Positions 7,779-11,600 of a stretch of DNA of 11,600 nt are shown here, one piece after another. Source of the DNA: a virus; UHGV virus genome UHGV-0197807; one strand, given 5' to 3'. Each line of letters begins with the position of its first letter. Position 1 is the stretch's first letter. Position numbers and translations under genes: made by a program. The notes beneath the pieces were generated by a model that saw only the letters and a list, made by a program, of their open reading frames with translations, made no database searches and had not been told where the DNA came from.

Positions 7779-8002
7779 CAAAGCACCTCCCCGCGAGACA
7801 ATCCGATATTGTGAAATTTTTCCGACTCCTGACTGAGCAGCTCGACTATCTCCACGCGGGATAACTCCGCCTTTGTGATGTGGCGAATCATGGCGTCAAG
7901 ATGAGAAGAAAAGCGCGTCGCAGCGTCGGCCTGTGCTTCGGTTCTGGCCTGTTGCAGCAGTAATGCGTATATACCGCACTGATTTTCAGAAACTGTATGC
8001 AT
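7778..8002 (-). CDS. Small hypothetical protein (74 aa), P2 orf80-position
   Basis: The ORF track start is 8035; internal ATG 8002 (MHTVSENQ...) has GGAG 8 nt upstream, so I place the start there. Confidence 0.6.
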
Positions 8003-8065
8003 GACTTTCTCCAGGCAAAAAGAAGCCCCGCACAATTAAGTGCGTTAAAAACTCTGGTTAATTAC

Positions 8066-8566
8066 TTAATGCAGATATTGCTCTGGTTTTACCGACGTCA
8101 GAATTGTCGGTGCATACTCAAACAGACTGAATAATTCACGTAATGCACGGAATAAAGCATCACGCCAGTAACATGATTCTTCATTAATTCGCCAGTATGG
8201 CTGGTTAAATTCTTTTTCTGTCAGTCGTGCGTGCATAAATAAAGTGCGACGCTGACTGACTGTTAAAAAACTAATATATGCATACTCACTTGCGCCAACC
8301 TGACGGCGTTTTGAGAATGCCCCACGCAATTCATCAATTGCACATACCAGTCGTTCACGTTCGACGTCGTTCATTTCTTCAAAACGCATCGTTGCGTGAC
8401 GTTGTTTTAACTGCGCATGAAAGCAAACTGTTAGCCGTTCGCGCTCCATCATCTGATTATAATAATCACATGTATCCTGCCAGCGAGGGACGGCAAGATG
8501 CTTACCAATTATCCGGCGCATAGCTGCTGGCTGTTTTTCGACGAGATTGAGCGTCATCACTGTCAT
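8066..8566 (-). CDS. B: Replication protein gpB (helicase-loader-like early protein)
   Basis: Start at ATG 8566 (MTVMTLNLVEKQ...) has GGAGGA 7 nt upstream and gives 166 aa, the size of P2 gpB; the ORF track's 8572 start lies too close to the SD. Position between cox/orf78 and the orf80-83 string matches P2. Confidence 0.85.
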   Translation of the reverse strand: MTVMTLNLVEKQPAAMRRIIGKHLAVPRWQDTCDYYNQMMERERLTVCFHAQLKQRHATMRFEEMNDVERERLVCAIDELRGAFSKRRQVGASEYAYISFLTVSQRRTLFMHARLTEKEFNQPYWRINEESCYWRDALFRALRELFSLFEYAPTILTSVKPEQYLH

Positions 8567-8733
8567 TTCCATATCCTCCGGCTTTTCAGAAAGGTCAGAG
8601 CCTTTTTTAACGGACTCTGTTTTTTGGTGCGGATAATGATTCCCTTGCGTCCCTTCCCGTGGGTGATGGTAAAGTCAATCGCCCTGGGGCTTTCGTTACG
8701 CAATAACTGAGCAATACAACGAGGCTCGTTCAT
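8563..8733 (-). CDS. Small basic hypothetical protein (56 aa), P2 orf78-position
   Basis: The ORF track extends to 8853, but that upstream part overlaps cox out of frame. ATG 8733 (MNEPRCIAQ...) lies just after the cox stop, is preceded by AAGGTGGAAAGG, and the stop overlaps the B start. Start choice is my inference. Confidence 0.45.
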   Translation of the reverse strand: MNEPRCIAQLLRNESPRAIDFTITHGKGRKGIIIRTKKQSPLKKALTFLKSRRIWK

Positions 8734-8743
8734 CCTTTCCACC

Positions 8744-9100
8744 TTAAGCCGCACGGCCATGTCTTGATTTGCTGTAACTAATGCGATTTTTCCAGTCATG
8801 CCATTCTGTCGGAGCTTCATCAACCAGTTGGGCTGCGTACTTGTCCCACTCACGGCGATTAATCCATAATTCAGCTTTCCCTCTTGGTTTTAATGGGTCT
8901 GTCATGTAGAAGGCTGGCAGCTTTCCTGCTTTAGCCATTTCAGCCACCGCGCGTGGTGTCTTACCGATGTAAAGAGCAAAACCTTCTTTCGACAGCAAAT
9001 CAGATGGGCGCTCTGAAATCTGAATGCTTTTACGTTTGGCTTCATTTTCGAAACTTGCCTCATCGCTAGTTGGACAAGAAATTTCTACATTTGTCGTCAC
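8744..9100 (-). CDS. cox: Cox-like excisionase / lytic-switch regulator
   Basis: C-terminal half (FALYIGKTPRAVAEMAKAGKLPAFYMTDP...) resembles my recollection of P2 Cox (FAKLIGKSTGAVRRMIDKGKLPVIDMTDP...). Divergent from C, as in P2. Start uncertain: ATG 9115 has no SD, whereas GTG 9100 follows GGAGGA at 7 nt; either gives a protein longer (118-123 aa) than P2 Cox (91 aa). Confidence 0.7.
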   Translation of the reverse strand: MTTNVEISCPTSDEASFENEAKRKSIQISERPSDLLSKEGFALYIGKTPRAVAEMAKAGKLPAFYMTDPLKPRGKAELWINRREWDKYAAQLVDEAPTEWHDWKNRISYSKSRHGRAA

Positions 9101-9115
9101 TTTGCTATCCTCCAT

Positions 9116-9208
9116 AAGATTTGCGATTCACCAACTGGAGCCATCTAGAGCCTTTTTGAGTGAATCACAAATTGCCAAGTAGAAATATAATTGGAGATTA
9201 GCAAAATT
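9116..9208. promoter_or_regulatory. Divergent C/cox immunity-switch region (putative Pc/Pe promoters and operators)
   Basis: ~90-bp region between divergent cox and C, the position of the P2 Pe/Pc switch. Perfect TATAAT at 9186-9191 facing C; inverted repeat gattcac (9126-9132) / gtgaatc (9163-9169). No operator assignment possible from sequence alone. Confidence 0.4.
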
Positions 9209-9508
9209 ATGTCAAGTGAACAAAGTGAGAAACTAAAGCTCATCCGTGAATCCGAACGCCTTAAAACTAAGGAACTTGCTGAATTAATTGGAATTAATTA
9301 CTACACATATCATGGATATGAATCAGGAAAATCAAAAATGCCTATGGAAGCAGGTATGAAGCTGTTTAAGCATCCACGCTTTCGCAAGTATCGTGACTGG
9401 TTCATGTTTGATGAAACAGATCCAGCAGCTGGACAAATAGCCCCGGCTCTCGCACACATTGGGCAAGACTCAACAACCTTGCACCACTCAGACCAGAAGA
9501 CTGGCTGA
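9209..9508 (+). CDS. C: Immunity repressor C
   Basis: From ATG 9209 the protein is 99 aa, the size of P2 C. C-terminal region ...QIAPALAHIGQDSTT..HSDQKTG matches my recollection of P2 C (...QIAPALAHFGQNETT..HSGQKTG). The ORF track's TTG 9191 start is less likely. Confidence 0.85.
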   Translation: MSSEQSEKLKLIRESERLKTKELAELIGINYYTYHGYESGKSKMPMEAGMKLFKHPRFRKYRDWFMFDETDPAAGQIAPALAHIGQDSTTLHHSDQKTG

Positions 9509-9601
9509 CGATTTATTCAGCATATGTGTGTAGTAAATGTACGAAAGAAAATTGCATTAATTTTCAAGTAGTAGAAGTAAACAGCGTCATCGGAGGGCTT
9601 T

Positions 9602-10597
9602 ATGTCTATTAAAAAGCTCGATGATGGTCGTTATGAAGTGGACGTCAGACCGCAGGGTGCAGATGGAAAACGTATCAGGCGGAAATTTAAAACTAAAGGT
9701 GAAGCTCAGGCATTCGAACGTCATGTACTGGTTAACTACCACAACAAAGAGTGGTTGGAGAAACCAGCCGACCGCCGAACTCTTACAGAGTTGTTAGGTA
9801 GATGGTGGATATATCACGGAAAATCACATGAGCGTGGAGATATTGAACGGGGGCGTTTAACGACAATAATCGCCAAATTTGCAGAAATGGGAGTGTCCAG
9901 AGCTGACCAGCTAACAAAGAAAACGATAACTGATTATCGCGTTGTAATGATGAACGATGGTCTAAAACCAGCCAGCGTAAATCGACATCTGGCAATAATG
10001 AGCGGGATGTTCACCAAGTTAATTGACGCCGGTGAATACCACTCCCACAACCCGTTCCGTGATATTAAACGGTTACGTGAAGCTGTTACGGAAATGGCTT
10101 TTTTGTCCAGTGAAGAGATTACGCGGCTGTTATCCATGCTTGATGGTGATGAATTAAATGCAACTCTGGTCTGCCTTTCTACTGGTGGACGCTGGAGTGA
10201 AGTGTCTAATTTAAAAGCTGAACACATCATTAACCAGATGGTTACGTTTATGAAAACTAAAAACGGAAAACGCAGGACAATTCCCGTTTCGCAGGACCTG
10301 ATTAAACGGATCAAGACCAAAAATTCAGGCAGGCTTTTTAATGCCAGTTACTACAAAGTGCGTAACGCTCTCAGGGAAGTAAAACCCGATTTACCTGACG
10401 GACAAGCAGTACATGTTTTGAGGCATACATTTGCCACACATTTTATAATGAATGGAGGTAACATAATCACATTGCAGCGCATCCTGGGTCATTCTAACAT
10501 TCAGCAAACTATGACCTACGCACACTTTGCACCGGATTTCTTACAAGATGCTGTGACTCTTAACCCGGTGTCAGGAATGTCCATAATGCGTCCATAA
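9602..10597 (+). CDS. int: Tyrosine integrase (P2-type site-specific recombinase)
   Basis: 331-aa ORF with SD GGAGGG 6 nt upstream. C-terminal catalytic signature HVLRHTFATHF...LGHSNIQQTMTYAHF (H-x-x-R and the nucleophilic Tyr). Lies downstream of C on the same strand, adjacent to the chromosomal junction, as in P2. Confidence 0.95.
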   Translation: MSIKKLDDGRYEVDVRPQGADGKRIRRKFKTKGEAQAFERHVLVNYHNKEWLEKPADRRTLTELLGRWWIYHGKSHERGDIERGRLTTIIAKFAEMGVSRADQLTKKTITDYRVVMMNDGLKPASVNRHLAIMSGMFTKLIDAGEYHSHNPFRDIKRLREAVTEMAFLSSEEITRLLSMLDGDELNATLVCLSTGGRWSEVSNLKAEHIINQMVTFMKTKNGKRRTIPVSQDLIKRIKTKNSGRLFNASYYKVRNALREVKPDLPDGQAVHVLRHTFATHFIMNGGNIITLQRILGHSNIQQTMTYAHFAPDFLQDAVTLNPVSGMSIMRP

Positions 10598-10700
10598 ACC
10601 AGAGTTAACTAGAGCCAATTGAAGCGATATGAGTAATTTAACTAATTGTAATACAACAGAAAATACCGCTACGGCGGGGGCTACCAAGTCAGTTATTGGT
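10598..10700. other. Prophage-chromosome junction; attachment core not resolvable from this window
   Basis: The int stop (10597) lies 31 bp before the first in-frame ATG of the pflA ORF, and the pflA 5' end differs from the canonical one (see findings), so the junction must be here. The core cannot be delimited without the other prophage end or an empty-site sequence. Confidence 0.3.
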
Positions 10701-11426
10701 CGCATTCACTCCTTTGAATCCTGTGGAACCGTAGACGGCCCAGGTATTCGCTTTATCACCTTTTTCCAGGGCTGCCTGATGCGCTGCCTGTATTGTCATA
10801 ACCGCGACACCTGGGACACGCATGGCGGTAAAGAAGTTACCGTTGAAGATTTGATGAAGGAAGTGGTGACCTATCGCCACTTTATGAACGCTTCCGGCGG
10901 CGGCGTTACCGCATCCGGCGGTGAAGCAATCCTGCAAGCTGAGTTTGTTCGTGACTGGTTCCGCGCCTGCAAAAAAGAAGGCATTCATACCTGTCTGGAC
11001 ACCAACGGTTTTGTTCGTCGTTACGATCCGGTGATTGATGAACTGCTGGAAGTAACCGACCTGGTAATGCTCGATCTCAAACAGATGAACGACGAGATCC
11101 ACCAAAATCTGGTTGGAGTTTCCAACCACCGCACGCTGGAGTTCGCTAAATATCTGGCGAACAAAAATGTGAAGGTGTGGATCCGCTACGTTGTTGTCCC
11201 AGGCTGGTCTGACGATGACGATTCAGCGCATCGCCTCGGTGAATTTACCCGTGATATGGGCAACGTTGAGAAAATCGAGCTTCTCCCCTACCACGAGCTG
11301 GGCAAACACAAATGGGTGGCAATGGGTGAAGAGTACAAACTCGACGGTGTTAAACCACCGAAGAAAGAGACCATGGAACGCGTGAAAGGCATTCTTGAGC
11401 AGTACGGTCATAAGGTAATGTTCTAA
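10629..11426 (+). CDS. pflA: Pyruvate formate-lyase activating enzyme (radical SAM) with a non-canonical 19-codon 5' extension
   Basis: From residue 21 onward ([22 protein letters not shown]...CLMRCLYC...HKVMF) the protein matches E. coli PflA as I recall it (246 aa, starting MSVIGR). The canonical Met1 position here is AAG (Lys, 10686-10688), and the ORF extends in frame to ATG 10629. The native-length equivalent would be 10686-11426. Confidence 0.88.
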   Translation: MSNLTNCNTTENTATAGATKSVIGRIHSFESCGTVDGPGIRFITFFQGCLMRCLYCHNRDTWDTHGGKEVTVEDLMKEVVTYRHFMNASGGGVTASGGEAILQAEFVRDWFRACKKEGIHTCLDTNGFVRRYDPVIDELLEVTDLVMLDLKQMNDEIHQNLVGVSNHRTLEFAKYLANKNVKVWIRYVVVPGWSDDDDSAHRLGEFTRDMGNVEKIELLPYHELGKHKWVAMGEEYKLDGVKPPKKETMERVKGILEQYGHKVMF

Positions 11427-11437
11427 TTTCCCCGTAA

Positions 11438-11470
11438 AGCGGCAACTTTATTGAGTTGCCGCTTTTTTAT
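11438..11470. terminator. Rho-independent terminator downstream of pflA, likely bidirectional
   Basis: Stem agcggcaact (11438-11447) / agttgccgct (11454-11463) with loop ttattg, followed by a T6 run (11463-11468) and preceded by A-rich sequence on the other strand. Confidence 0.6.
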
Positions 11471-11507
11471 TCCGCGCTTCATTCTGCTACAGCGTTTTTA
11501 ACACATC

Positions 11508-11600
11508 TTATAGTGCATCTACCATATCCCGTACCTGAGATAATAACGACTGATAATAGCTCGCGTGAAGTTCTTCCCCATCGAATACCACTGTATTACA
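11508..11600 (-). CDS. 3' end of a convergent host gene (30 codons plus stop); identity not established, possibly the gene flanking pflA (ycaK-like)
   Basis: The only - strand frame open from the window edge ends at TAA 11508-11510 (...VVFDGEELHASYYQSLLSQVRDMVDAL*), just beyond the pflA terminator. Too short for confident identification. Confidence 0.3.
   Translation of the reverse strand, partial: CNTVVFDGEELHASYYQSLLSQVRDMVDAL

Noticed and set aside
8278-8710. ORFs 8278-8523 (+) and 8498-8710 (+) antisense to B and the orf78-like ORF
   Set aside because: They are antisense to the B gene, whose 166-aa length and position match P2 B, and have no RBS.
9602-10597. Possibility that int plus cos represent a P4-type satellite instead of a full P2-like prophage
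   Set aside because: The window contains P2-type replication genes (A, B), C, cox, and the portal/terminase genes in P2 order; no P4 alpha primase, delta, psu or sid-like genes are present.
9783-11411. ORFs 9783-9995 (-) and 9934-10320 (-) inside int, and 10689-11129 (-), 11191-11385 (+), 11223-11411 (-) inside pflA
   Set aside because: They are nested in the integrase (clear catalytic motifs) and in pflA (near-identical to the known protein); they are frame-shadow ORFs.
1-11600. CRISPR array, tRNA or rRNA genes, or insertion sequences
   Set aside because: No array of regularly spaced direct repeats, no tRNA-like sequence at the int-proximal junction (the junction is at pflA instead), and no transposase-like ORF or terminal inverted repeats.

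Overview
This window covers the two ends of a P2-like (Peduovirus-type) prophage joined across its cos site, plus the chromosomal junction at pflA. Left to right: the 3' end of the terminase ATPase gene (P), the portal gene (Q), a terminator and a P2-type 19-nt cos sequence; then a ~3 kb strongly AT-rich three-gene operon (1689-4545, + strand) that I cannot assign to any known family; then, on the - strand, the early replication operon (A, four small coupled ORFs including a TraR/DksA-type zinc finger, B, an orf78-like ORF, cox); then, on the + strand, the C repressor and a tyrosine integrase; then host pflA with a phage-supplied 5' end, a terminator, and the tail of a convergent host gene. 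The main lead is the AT-rich operon: it sits exactly where P2 carries old and tin, a position reported as a hotspot for anti-phage cargo in P2-like phages, and is a candidate novel defense system. I ran no database or structure searches, so protein identities rest on synteny, sizes and motifs read directly from the translations, and on remembered P2 sequences that should be confirmed by alignment.
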